The notes beneath the pieces were generated by a model. It was given only the letters and a program-made list of their open reading frames with translations. It ran no database searches and had not been told where the DNA came from. The position numbers were made by a program, and so were the translations under genes. 64,000 nt of DNA, taken from the NCBI GenBank assembly GCA_944358675.1, contig CALVRN010000004.1, positions 10,276 to 74,275 on the forward strand. Reading direction: 5' to 3'. Each line of letters opens with the position of its first letter. The first letter of the stretch is position 1. Below, piece after piece: positions 1 to 8,739 of this stretch. This DNA is from an uncultured Bacilli bacterium. Lineage in GTDB: Bacteria; Bacillota_I; Bacilli_A; RF39; UBA660.

Positions 1-1221
1 TTCCAAAACACCAGTTTGTCTAAACTTAAATATTTCTTTTTGTTTAATTTCGCCGTTTTCAAGACCAATTATTTCATTTATACTACTGACTCTTCTTCGG
101 CCATCAGATAATCTTTGAACTTGAACAACTATTTGAATAGCGCTTTCAATATACTCTCTAATGGCTGTAACCGGTATTTCAACTCCATTCATCAATACCA
201 TTGTCTCAAGTCGGTTTAAAGCATCAGCTGGCCCGTTTGCATGCATTGTTGTCATACTACCTTCATGACCTGTATTCATCGCTTGGAGCATATCAAAGGC
301 TTCTTTGCCCCTAACTTCTCCAACAATAATTCTATCTGGACGCATTCTTAAAGAATTGATAACTAAATCTCTAATAGTGATAGCTCCTTCACCCTCGTAA
401 TTAGTGGTTCTAGTTTCTAGAGAAATAACATGTTTTTGTTTTAATTTTAACTCTGCGGCATCTTCAATTGTAATAATTCTATCATCTGGATCACAAAACG
501 ATGACAGAACATTTAATAATGTAGTCTTTCCGGCACCAGTTCCGCCAACAACCAAAATGTTTAACTTTGCGTGTACACAGGCTTCTAAAAACCTGGCCAT
601 ATAAGGTGTTAAGGTACCAGTTCTAAGCAAATCCTCTATATTAGCAAGTTCACTTTTAAATTTTCTAATAGTAACTACCGGCCCATTTAATGAAAGTGGC
701 GGTAAAATAGCATTTAATCTCGAACCATCTTCTAATCTTGCATCTACCATTGGATGAGCAATGTCAATGGTTTTTCCAATTGGTTGAATTAATCTTTGAA
801 CAACTCTAACAATATGTGCATCATTAATAAAACTTACACTGTCATCTTTAATAACCTTACCATTTAATTCAATATATATTTCATCGGGAGCATTAACCAT
901 TATTTCAGTAATTTCTTTATCCCTAAGTAACTCTGTTAATGGTCCATAACCATTAACTTCATTATCGATAAGATTATAAATATAACTTCTTTCTTCAATA
1001 GATAAATCATAGCCTTCAATAGATTTATCTATTTCATCTTTAACAAAATCTTTCATGTCCTCACTAGTTTTATCTTTATTATCTATGAGGTTTTGAATTA
1101 TTTTACTACGAAGTTCATCAAGTAATTTTTTATTAGGAAACTCATCATAATCATCTATTTCTTTAGGTATATTTTGTTCTAAGGTTGTTGCAAATTCATC
1201 AATAAATTTTTTACTTTCCAT
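1..1221 (-). CDS. tadA: CpaF/TadA-family pilus-assembly (type II/IV secretion) ATPase, partial; C-terminus lies beyond the window edge
   Basis: Minus-strand frame is open to position 1, with ATG at 1219-1221 behind GGAGG. My translation shows Walker A VVGGTGAGKTTLLN and the CpaF-type motifs RPDRIIVGEVRG and MNTGHEGSMTTMHAN. Confidence 0.9.
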   Translation of the reverse strand, partial: MESKKFIDEFATTLEQNIPKEIDDYDEFPNKKLLDELRSKIIQNLIDNKDKTSEDMKDFVKDEIDKSIEGYDLSIEERSYIYNLIDNEVNGYGPLTELLRDKEITEIMVNAPDEIYIELNGKVIKDDSVSFINDAHIVRVVQRLIQPIGKTIDIAHPMVDARLEDGSRLNAILPPLSLNGPVVTIRKFKSELANIEDLLRTGTLTPYMARFLEACVHAKLNILVVGGTGAGKTTLLNVLSSFCDPDDRIITIEDAAELKLKQKHVISLETRTTNYEGEGAITIRDLVINSLRMRPDRIIVGEVRGKEAFDMLQAMNTGHEGSMTTMHANGPADALNRLETMVLMNGVEIPVTAIREYIESAIQIVVQVQRLSDGRRRVSSINEIIGLENGEIKQKEIFKFRQTGVLE

Positions 1222-1233
1222 GATTTTCCTCCT

Positions 1234-1968
1234 TTATTTTAAAATTTTATCTAATAATTTAGTTAATATAAGTGTACTTTTTTCTTTGGGATTTTCTAAG
1301 GTTAAAATTTTTCCTTCCATCAACACTTTTCGCATATTTTTAGCAAAAGAATTACTAGGTAAAATATAATCAACATTTCTTTCCAAAAAGGTGTTGATTT
1401 CATATTTTCCGGCATGTTCTTTGGATAAAGCTTCATTCAAAACTAAAGTATAATTTGTTAAATTCATATCTTTATAAATTGAAAGCATTGTTTTCATGTT
1501 TTTTAAATCCATTAAATCGCTTGTTATAACATAAATGATTTCATCACTATTATCAAAGGTAATTAAATTAATGTCATCAATAATATGGTTTGTGTCAACT
1601 AAAATAACATCATACTTGTATTTTAGTTTTTTTAAAGTTAAATCAACATAATATGAGTTAATTTTTCCGACACTTCTAGGATCTTTGGGAGCTGCTAAAA
1701 CATCGATATAATCATTGTATTTAGTAATATATTCATCTAAATCTTTTAAGCCATGATTCATATAATCATTAACTAAAGTATAAAAATCTTTTTTGGGTTT
1801 TAGATTCAAAGAAGCAGCTATAACACCTGCGTGCAAATCCATATCAACAATTATTGTTTTAATTTGTTTGTTTGAAAGAATACCTGCTAAAGATAAAGTC
1901 GTGGTGCTTTTACCTGTACCACCTTTAACAGATGTTACTGTAATAATTTTTGCTTGTTTTAGTGTCAT
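1234..1968 (-). CDS. ParA/MinD-like ATPase, TadZ/CpaE-type pilus localisation protein
   Basis: Deviant Walker A VKGGTGKSTTT near the N-terminus. Lies immediately upstream of the CpaF gene and downstream of the TadE-like genes. Confidence 0.8.
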   Translation of the reverse strand: MTLKQAKIITVTSVKGGTGKSTTTLSLAGILSNKQIKTIIVDMDLHAGVIAASLNLKPKKDFYTLVNDYMNHGLKDLDEYITKYNDYIDVLAAPKDPRSVGKINSYYVDLTLKKLKYKYDVILVDTNHIIDDINLITFDNSDEIIYVITSDLMDLKNMKTMLSIYKDMNLTNYTLVLNEALSKEHAGKYEINTFLERNVDYILPSNSFAKNMRKVLMEGKILTLENPKEKSTLILTKLLDKILK

Positions 1969-1978
1969 AATTATCCCT

Positions 1979-2350
1979 CTATTCTTTGCTTATAATCATC
2001 TTATCATTTTCTAAATATCCATTATAAGTTAAATCAATGTCAAATCTATGATTAAATAACTTATTAAATAGCGCATCATATCTTTCTTTAACATTTACTG
2101 TAATAATGTTATTATTAATTTTGATTTCAATATTTCCTTTAATATTTGCTTTTAATAAATTAGTTAAAATGGTTTCTAGATTATTATCATCTAAATGATT
2201 TAGACCATATTCAATAGTATCTTTAATTTCATTTTCATATTTGTTTACAGTTACACTTAAATTTCCTACTTCCCATATTAAAGCGAATAATATAAATAAT
2301 ACAGGTAAAATTAATACAAATATAACTAATGATTGCCCTTTACTGTTCAT
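1979..2350 (-). CDS. TadE/TadG-like pseudopilin
   Basis: N-terminus MNSKGQSLVIFVLILPVLFILF matches the TadE-like N-terminal hydrophobic segment. Sits in the Tad operon. Confidence 0.7.
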   Translation of the reverse strand: MNSKGQSLVIFVLILPVLFILFALIWEVGNLSVTVNKYENEIKDTIEYGLNHLDDNNLETILTNLLKANIKGNIEIKINNNIITVNVKERYDALFNKLFNHRFDIDLTYNGYLENDKMIISKE

Positions 2351-2696
2351 TTATTTCCTCATAATTTTCATATATTGTTTTACTAGTTTTTATTTCATAA
2401 TTTTTACCTAATATATTTGTTAAACCAGGGGCAGATATTTCAACATTCTTTTTTAAAGTTAGTGTAATCATTCCATTTTTGTTTTCATCTTCTAAAGTTA
2501 AATTTTCATTAGCTAGATAAACTCCTAACTGTTTGGTATCATTGTTTTTATATAATTCGGTTACTGTTTCTAAATCATTATTTAAATCAAATTTCTTCAA
2601 AAAAATATTACCAATATCAATCATTGCCATAGCAATTAATAGTAAAACTGGTAATATCAATATGAATTCAACTAATGCTTGCCCCTTCTTATTCAT
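2340..2696 (-). CDS. TadE-like pseudopilin, paralogue of 1979..2350
   Basis: MNKKGQALVEFILILPVLLLIAMAMID is a classic TadE N-terminus. The ORF track starts at 2717, but the ATG at 2696 parallels the paralogue and has AGGAAAG upstream. Confidence 0.65.
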   Translation of the reverse strand: MNKKGQALVEFILILPVLLLIAMAMIDIGNIFLKKFDLNNDLETVTELYKNNDTKQLGVYLANENLTLEDENKNGMITLTLKKNVEISAPGLTNILGKNYEIKTSKTIYENYEEINEQ

Positions 2697-2845
2697 ATTA
2701 TCACGCTTTCCTATCATAATAAATTATATCAAAAAAAAAGAGTAATAACAATAACATTACTCGATTTTGTTGAAACAATAATTGCATCAATGTGTCCGAA
2801 TTATACTTTTTAAATAGTCTAATTTAAAAATACTAAAGTATGTAT

Positions 2846-3448
2846 TTATATTTTTTTAACAAAATCGACAAACTGATTATATCCATGTTCTTTTTTATTT
2901 ATATATTTTGCCGATAAATTATCATACCATAATTTTTTACCTTTTTCTTTTTCAAATAAAACAAAGTAATTTGTACCTTTTAATTTTTTTAAATTGTCGT
3001 GACTATTAGAAGACATTAAAATAACGATGAAAAATTTACATTTATCTGAAATAGAAAAATTCATATTTATTTTAGATATTGATAAAATACCTTTATTAGA
3101 AGCCTCTTTTAACATTTTTATTTTTTTATTATAATCTTTTACATTAAAGTTTCCAGCGTATCCAAGTTGAGATTTAATTTCCGCAATTCCAATAATAACA
3201 TTGTTTTTATCATAAATTATAATATCCGGTCTGATGATTTTGCTTTTACATACAGATAATTGAGAGTCGATTAAATAATTTAATTTACTTTTTTTAATAT
3301 TATCTATTAACAAAGCTATAGCATTTTCTGTATAACTAGCCATAGAAGGTTTTGTGTAACGTTTAATATTTTCTTTTCCACCGATTGTGCTTTCTAAAGA
3401 GGTGTATTTTTGTGATAGATAATCAATTAAAATATTTATAGAGTTCAT
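2846..3448 (-). CDS. PD-(D/E)xK (restriction-endonuclease-fold) protein, function unknown
   Basis: Motif RPDIIIYDKNNVIIGIAEIKS has the pattern D...E-x-K. The start overlaps the mutS stop by 4 nt (ATGA). Confidence 0.55.
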   Translation of the reverse strand: MNSINILIDYLSQKYTSLESTIGGKENIKRYTKPSMASYTENAIALLIDNIKKSKLNYLIDSQLSVCKSKIIRPDIIIYDKNNVIIGIAEIKSQLGYAGNFNVKDYNKKIKMLKEASNKGILSISKINMNFSISDKCKFFIVILMSSNSHDNLKKLKGTNYFVLFEKEKGKKLWYDNLSAKYINKKEHGYNQFVDFVKKI

Positions 3449-5970
3449 ATATTCTCCTTTAATTTATATAAAATGTTTAAGGCTTCCATCGGTGTAATTT
3501 CAAGTGGATTTATTTTTTCTAATTCTTCTTCTACTTTAGATTTTTTTGGCATTAATTCATCGATTGGTAAAGCTTCTTGAACTTTGATATCTCTTTTATG
3601 TTCTTTATCTTCATAGACTTTTAAAATTTCTGATGCTCTTTTAATTACAGAATCTGGTAAGTTAGCTAGTTTAGCTACATGAATACCATAACTCTTATCA
3701 ACGCTTCCTTCTTTAATTTTGTGTAAAAATGTTATTTTCCCATCTTCTTCATAAGCTGAAACATGAATGTTTTTTAAATGTTTTAGGGTTTTATCTAAAT
3801 CCGTTAATTCGTGATAATGGGTAGAAAAGAAGGTTTTACCTTTAATATTTTGATGAATATATTCAATTATACCTTGAGCTAAAGCCATACCATCAAAGGT
3901 GGCAGTACCCCTTCCTAATTCATCAAATAGAAGTAAACTTTTATCGGTAGCTGATGTAATAGCGTTGGCGGCTTCAGTCATTTCAACCATAAATGTTGAT
4001 TCACCACTTACTAGGTCATCAGAAGCACCAATTCTTGTATAAATTGCATCGAAAATAGGTAATTTGGCCACTGTTGCTGGAATAAATGAACCAATTTGAG
4101 CCATGATTGCTATAATAGCCATCTGTCTCATGTATGTCGATTTTCCTGCCATATTTGGTCCAGTTATTAATAGAATATTTGTGTTTTTATCCATAATAAT
4201 ATCATTAGTAACAAATTCACCATTAATAACTTTTTCAACAACTGGATGGCGAGATTCTTTAATATATATTTCGTTATTAGTTAGTTCTGGTCTTACGTAA
4301 TTATTGGTTTCTGCTATGGTTGCGAAAGATTGTAAAACATCTATTTCACTAATTATTTTAGCGGTGTCTTGAAGTTTTGGAATATAGGTTTTAACTTCAT
4401 CTCTAATATTACAGAATAAATCATATTCTAGTTCGATGATCTTTTCTTCAGCATTCAAGATTAAAGCTTCTTTTTCTTTTAAAATTGGGCTGATATATCT
4501 TTCGCAGTTAGTTAGAGTTTGTTTTCTTTGATAGCCCCATTCATCTTTAACTAAGTTGGTATTACCTTTACTGATTTCGATATAATAGCCAAAAACTCTG
4601 TTATAACCAACTTTTAAATTTTTGATACCAGTCTTTTCTCTTTCTTCGGTTTCGAATTTAGCGACAAAGTCTTTACCACCTTTTCTTAAGGTTTTTAGTT
4701 CATCTAGTTCTTTGTTATATCCTTCTTTAATTAAATATCCTTCTTTGGTGCTGACAGGTGGATTTTCATAAATACTTTTTTCGAGTAATTTATATAAATT
4801 AGAAAAGTCTGTTATTTTTTTTTGATAATTTATCTTTTCTAATATTTCAGAAATTAATGGTAAAACTTTTAAGGATGATTTTAACTGAAGTAAATCTTTA
4901 CCATTCGCATTACCAAAAGCTATTTTACCGCTTAATCTTTCTAAGTCATAGATTTCAGTTAGATATTTTTCTAAATCGCTTTTATAAATAAATTCCTTGA
5001 GTAAAATATCTACAATATCATATCTTTTTTCTATTTCCTTTTTATCAATTAATGGATTTAATAAGTAATTTTTTAAAAGTCTGGCTCCCATAGCTGTCTT
5101 AGTTTTATCTAAAAGCCAAATTAATGAATAATTTCTTTGCTTTAGCCTTAATGTTTCAGTTAATTCTAAATTTCTTTTAGTATGAACATCCATCCTTAAA
5201 TGATCTTTGGTTTCCCTTATTTGTAGTTTTTGCAAATGAGATAAATCTCTTTTTTGATTATGGATGATATAGGCGATTAAGTGTTTAACTGCGGTTATAT
5301 ATCTTTGGTCTATAATATCTTCATAAATATATGAATATTCATCAGAAATCTCATCAGTAATAGTTAAGGTTAAATGAAATTGATTTTTTAAAATGGAATA
5401 AATTTCTTTATCGGTTTTACTATCTAATATTACTTCTTTAACACCTAAATTAATAATTTCTGAAATTAGTTTAGTTTTATTTTTTTCGAGTAAAAAGGCG
5501 TATATTTCACCAGTTGAAACATCTGCATAACTTACTGCATATTCATGTTTAAAATCAGTAATTGAAGCAATAAAATTAAAATCATCAGCTTTTAAAGTGT
5601 CGGTATCCATAATGGTTCCAGAACTAATTATTTGTACGATACCTCTTTTAACAATTCCTTTAACTCCTTTAGGGTCTTCTAATTGTTCAACAATACCTAT
5701 TTTATGTCCGTTTTCAATTAATTTATCGATGTATGTACTAGCGGCATGATAAGGAATACCACACATAGGTATTCTTTCTTCTAAACCGGCTGATTTGCCT
5801 GTTAAAGTTAGTTCAAGTTCATGGCTAACTTTTATAGCATCATCAAAAAACATTTCATAAAAATCACCTAATCTAAAAAATATGATTAGGTCTTCATTTT
5901 CGTTTTTTATTTCCAAGTATTGTCTCATCATTGGAGTTACTTTTTCTATATTAACATCTTTTCTTTCCAC
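3445..5970 (-). CDS. mutS: DNA mismatch repair protein MutS
   Basis: 841 aa. N-terminal TPMMRQYLEIK, Walker A GPNMAGKSTYMRQ, and STFMVEM / DELGRGTATFDG motifs. Confidence 0.97.
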   Translation of the reverse strand: MERKDVNIEKVTPMMRQYLEIKNENEDLIIFFRLGDFYEMFFDDAIKVSHELELTLTGKSAGLEERIPMCGIPYHAASTYIDKLIENGHKIGIVEQLEDPKGVKGIVKRGIVQIISSGTIMDTDTLKADDFNFIASITDFKHEYAVSYADVSTGEIYAFLLEKNKTKLISEIINLGVKEVILDSKTDKEIYSILKNQFHLTLTITDEISDEYSYIYEDIIDQRYITAVKHLIAYIIHNQKRDLSHLQKLQIRETKDHLRMDVHTKRNLELTETLRLKQRNYSLIWLLDKTKTAMGARLLKNYLLNPLIDKKEIEKRYDIVDILLKEFIYKSDLEKYLTEIYDLERLSGKIAFGNANGKDLLQLKSSLKVLPLISEILEKINYQKKITDFSNLYKLLEKSIYENPPVSTKEGYLIKEGYNKELDELKTLRKGGKDFVAKFETEEREKTGIKNLKVGYNRVFGYYIEISKGNTNLVKDEWGYQRKQTLTNCERYISPILKEKEALILNAEEKIIELEYDLFCNIRDEVKTYIPKLQDTAKIISEIDVLQSFATIAETNNYVRPELTNNEIYIKESRHPVVEKVINGEFVTNDIIMDKNTNILLITGPNMAGKSTYMRQMAIIAIMAQIGSFIPATVAKLPIFDAIYTRIGASDDLVSGESTFMVEMTEAANAITSATDKSLLLFDELGRGTATFDGMALAQGIIEYIHQNIKGKTFFSTHYHELTDLDKTLKHLKNIHVSAYEEDGKITFLHKIKEGSVDKSYGIHVAKLANLPDSVIKRASEILKVYEDKEHKRDIKVQEALPIDELMPKKSKVEEELEKINPLEITPMEALNILYKLKENI

Positions 5971-6226
5971 TATAAATCACTTCCATTTTTTGGTTATATT
6001 ATAACATTTGAAAATATTATTTTCAAGAAATGTAATGATATTAATTGGATTATATGCAGATTTACTTTTTCCTATTTCTTTATTTTATCAGCTAAAAAAT
6101 TATATATAAATCTTGAACATTCTATTGTTTTATTAATTAACTCTTCTTATTTTTCATTTGAATACATCCTAAATACATAACCTTTTGCAAGCGTTTGTTT
6201 TTTACAAAGCAAATTCCTAATAAATA

Positions 6227-6255
6227 AAAAAGGTAAGATTTCTTTTTACCTTTTT
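6227..6255. terminator. Bidirectional hairpin terminator downstream of ylbL
   Basis: AAAAAGGTAA-loop-TTACCTTTTTT sits just 3' of the ylbL stop at 6260. Confidence 0.6.
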
Positions 6256-6259
6256 TATT

Positions 6260-7270
6260 CTACTGATTTTCCAAATATTTTAAAGCTTCTTCAAAAGTTT
6301 CAACAGGCACTAAATCAATGTTATATCCTCTTTCTTCTTTTATTTTTTTGGCATCTTCATAATTTTTACCCTTAGGCACTAGAAATATATCGGCATGTTT
6401 ATTAACCGCCCCTATTAATTTATATTTAATACCGCTTATTTCTCCAACATTTCCATTTATATCAATTGTACCTGTTCCAACTATAGTCTTACCATCAGTT
6501 AAATCAATTTTATTTAAATGACTATATATAGTTAGTGTTAACATTAGGCCACCAGAAGAACCTGATTCACTTTCTTTAAAATTAAACTTAACATTTTTAT
6601 TAGATTTAACATCAAATGTTTCTGTAATGATTGCTCCTACTTTTGGTTCATCTGCCACATTAATTAATGTGGCTTTTCTTGTCTTTTTTTCACCATTTAT
6701 GTCAAGTACTTTTAAAGTAATTTTATCTCCTACTTTTTTAGAAGCAATATATGACTGCAATGAATTTTTATCAATAACTTGTTCGTTATCAACTTTTAAA
6801 ATTTGATCTCCTATTTTTAAATCTGTTTTGGAAAGTTCATCAATATAAGTTATATAAACTTTATTATTTGTAACTTCATAATGAATGTCAGAATGTTTAT
6901 AAGCAACAAGTAAAGCAATATCATTCGATTCTTCTAAAAGCATCTTATTTCTATAATTTTTTTCTTCAATGGTTTCATTATCATTTTTTATTTCTTCTTC
7001 TTTCTCTACATCCCAATCGTTATTAAAAAGAGAAACGATTAAAGTTGGTATTGTTGCGTGAATTTCAGATACATAAGCCATATTTAAAGTTCCGGACATT
7101 TTAAAGTTTTCTTTTGTTTGAATTTTGTTATCTGTATTAATGAGTCCACCTGGGGCTGAAATATAATAAGGAAATTCTACTAAAAAAGTAACTAGAATTA
7201 AAATATATACAATTATAACTTTATAGTATTCTTTTATATATTTTTTAATATTATTAAATAGGTTTTTCAT
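6260..7270 (-). CDS. ylbL: YlbL/SepM-like membrane-anchored PDZ + Lon-protease-C-terminal (S16) serine protease
   Basis: N-terminal TM segment, PDZ-like stretch (GDQILKVDNEQV), and a C-terminal Lon-like GSSGGL...KL.GA motif region. Adjacent to ylbJ, as in Bacillus. Confidence 0.8.
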   Translation of the reverse strand: MKNLFNNIKKYIKEYYKVIIVYILILVTFLVEFPYYISAPGGLINTDNKIQTKENFKMSGTLNMAYVSEIHATIPTLIVSLFNNDWDVEKEEEIKNDNETIEEKNYRNKMLLEESNDIALLVAYKHSDIHYEVTNNKVYITYIDELSKTDLKIGDQILKVDNEQVIDKNSLQSYIASKKVGDKITLKVLDINGEKKTRKATLINVADEPKVGAIITETFDVKSNKNVKFNFKESESGSSGGLMLTLTIYSHLNKIDLTDGKTIVGTGTIDINGNVGEISGIKYKLIGAVNKHADIFLVPKGKNYEDAKKIKEERGYNIDLVPVETFEEALKYLENQ

Positions 7271-7316
7271 ATTGTACCCCTTTCTTTAATAGGTTTATTT
7301 AATAGCAGGTGAAATT

Positions 7317-8291
7317 ATGAGAAAAATGACTAGTATTTTTATAATGGTTATTTTAATTTTTATTGGATATGAAATTTTAACGGAATCTGAAAGTATTTTA
7401 AATTCAGTTAATTTTTCACTTAGTATTTTTAAAAATAATATTTTTCCTTCATTATTTCCATTTTTTGTTTTATCAAATATTTTAATTAAATGTGGTTTGC
7501 CTGAATTTATGGGTAATTTATTTAAAGGAGTTATGAATAAAATTTTCAAGATTAAAGGTATCACCGCATTTATTTTCTTCATGAGTATTATATCAGGAAA
7601 TCCTGCGAATGCAAAATACACAAGAGAATTATATTTAGAAAATAGAATAGATAAATATGAGGCAACTAAAATTTTATGTTTTACTTGTTTTTCTAATCCT
7701 TTATTTATTTTAGGAACGATATCTTTGCTTTTTTTGAATAATAAAGAGGTCGGTATGTTAATATTGGTATGCCATTATATTGGTAATATATTTATTGGAA
7801 TTGGAATGAGAAACTACCATCCAAGTAAAGATGAACATAATAAAGTTAGTTTTAGACAGGCAATCAATGAAATGCATAAAAAAAGAATTAGTAATAAAGA
7901 AAGTTTTGGAGAAATGATTACTAATTCTTTAATTAATAGTATAAATACTCTTTTGTTAATATTAGGGGTAATTACTTCGTGTTTAGTAATTACTACAATT
8001 ATCGATAATAATTTAAACTTAGATAGTGTATTAGGCAGTGTATTAAATGGTTTTATTGAAATGACTCAAGGATTAAAATATATAAGTTTGGAGGCTATAC
8101 CATTAAAACTAAAGTGTGTTTTAACGGTTATGATTTTATCTTTTGGAGGACTTTCAGTGCATATGCAGATTATGAGTATATTAAGTGATACGGAAATTAG
8201 ATATTTACCCTTTTTATGCGCGAGAGTATGTCACGCAGTTATTTCATCATTATTTATGTATATATTATTTGATTTTTGGATGAATCTATGA
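7317..8291 (+). CDS. ylbJ: YlbJ-like nucleoside-recognition-domain integral membrane protein
   Basis: Polytopic membrane protein, divergent from ylbL. Has the typical GLPEFMG..F....K and ISGNPANAK motifs. Confidence 0.75.
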   Translation: MRKMTSIFIMVILIFIGYEILTESESILNSVNFSLSIFKNNIFPSLFPFFVLSNILIKCGLPEFMGNLFKGVMNKIFKIKGITAFIFFMSIISGNPANAKYTRELYLENRIDKYEATKILCFTCFSNPLFILGTISLLFLNNKEVGMLILVCHYIGNIFIGIGMRNYHPSKDEHNKVSFRQAINEMHKKRISNKESFGEMITNSLINSINTLLLILGVITSCLVITTIIDNNLNLDSVLGSVLNGFIEMTQGLKYISLEAIPLKLKCVLTVMILSFGGLSVHMQIMSILSDTEIRYLPFLCARVCHAVISSLFMYILFDFWMNL

Positions 8292-8726
8292 TGAATAAAA
8301 GTAAGTTACATCATAATTATAGGCTTGTTTTAAATTGCCACTATCTAAAGTCATTTGAACATATAAATAACAATTTCTTCCATTACAAGTGTTACTTAAA
8401 CTATAATTTTTAATGTCAACTGTATCAGGCATTAAAAAATTTTGCCCATTAATAATAACTTTTTTACCACTTTGATCTATTTTTAAAGTCTTACCATTAA
8501 TTGTACAAGCGGAGCCTGAGCAACTCACAGTGCTTCCGACTGTCGACAAGGTATTTTCAATGTTTTTTGAAATAATACCAAATTTTTGCTGGATAGCTGT
8601 TTTAACACTTGTGTCAGCAAAAATATCTTTAACCTCAATTAAAACTTCAAATAGAAAGACAGTAATAACCATTGTAAGCGCAAAAGATGCGATTAATTCA
8701 ACAACTGTAAAACCTTTATTGTCCAT
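8286..8726 (-). CDS. Prepilin-type N-terminal cleavage/methylation domain protein (minor pilin / pseudopilin)
   Basis: MDNKG|FTVVELIASF has the G-F-T-x-x-E prepilin signal followed by a hydrophobic helix. Confidence 0.8.
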   Translation of the reverse strand: MDNKGFTVVELIASFALTMVITVFLFEVLIEVKDIFADTSVKTAIQQKFGIISKNIENTLSTVGSTVSCSGSACTINGKTLKIDQSGKKVIINGQNFLMPDTVDIKNYSLSNTCNGRNCYLYVQMTLDSGNLKQAYNYDVTYFYSS

Positions 8727-8739
8727 TTATTTGCCTCCT

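Noticed and set aside
404-604. Many 60-125 aa ORFs antisense to, or out of frame within, long genes. Examples: 404-604, 1793-2014, 2533-2745, 4103-4300, 5920-6180, 7295-7621, 8530-8757, 9341-9532, 16389-16604, 22264-22518, 28105-28338, 33343-33714, 47522-47797, 49423-49641, 54904-55095, 56495-56758, 60404-60717, 63146-63526.
   Set aside because: These are shadow ORFs typical of AT-rich DNA. They have low-complexity I/F/L/K-rich translations and no SD, and each is fully covered by a well-supported gene on the other strand or in another frame.
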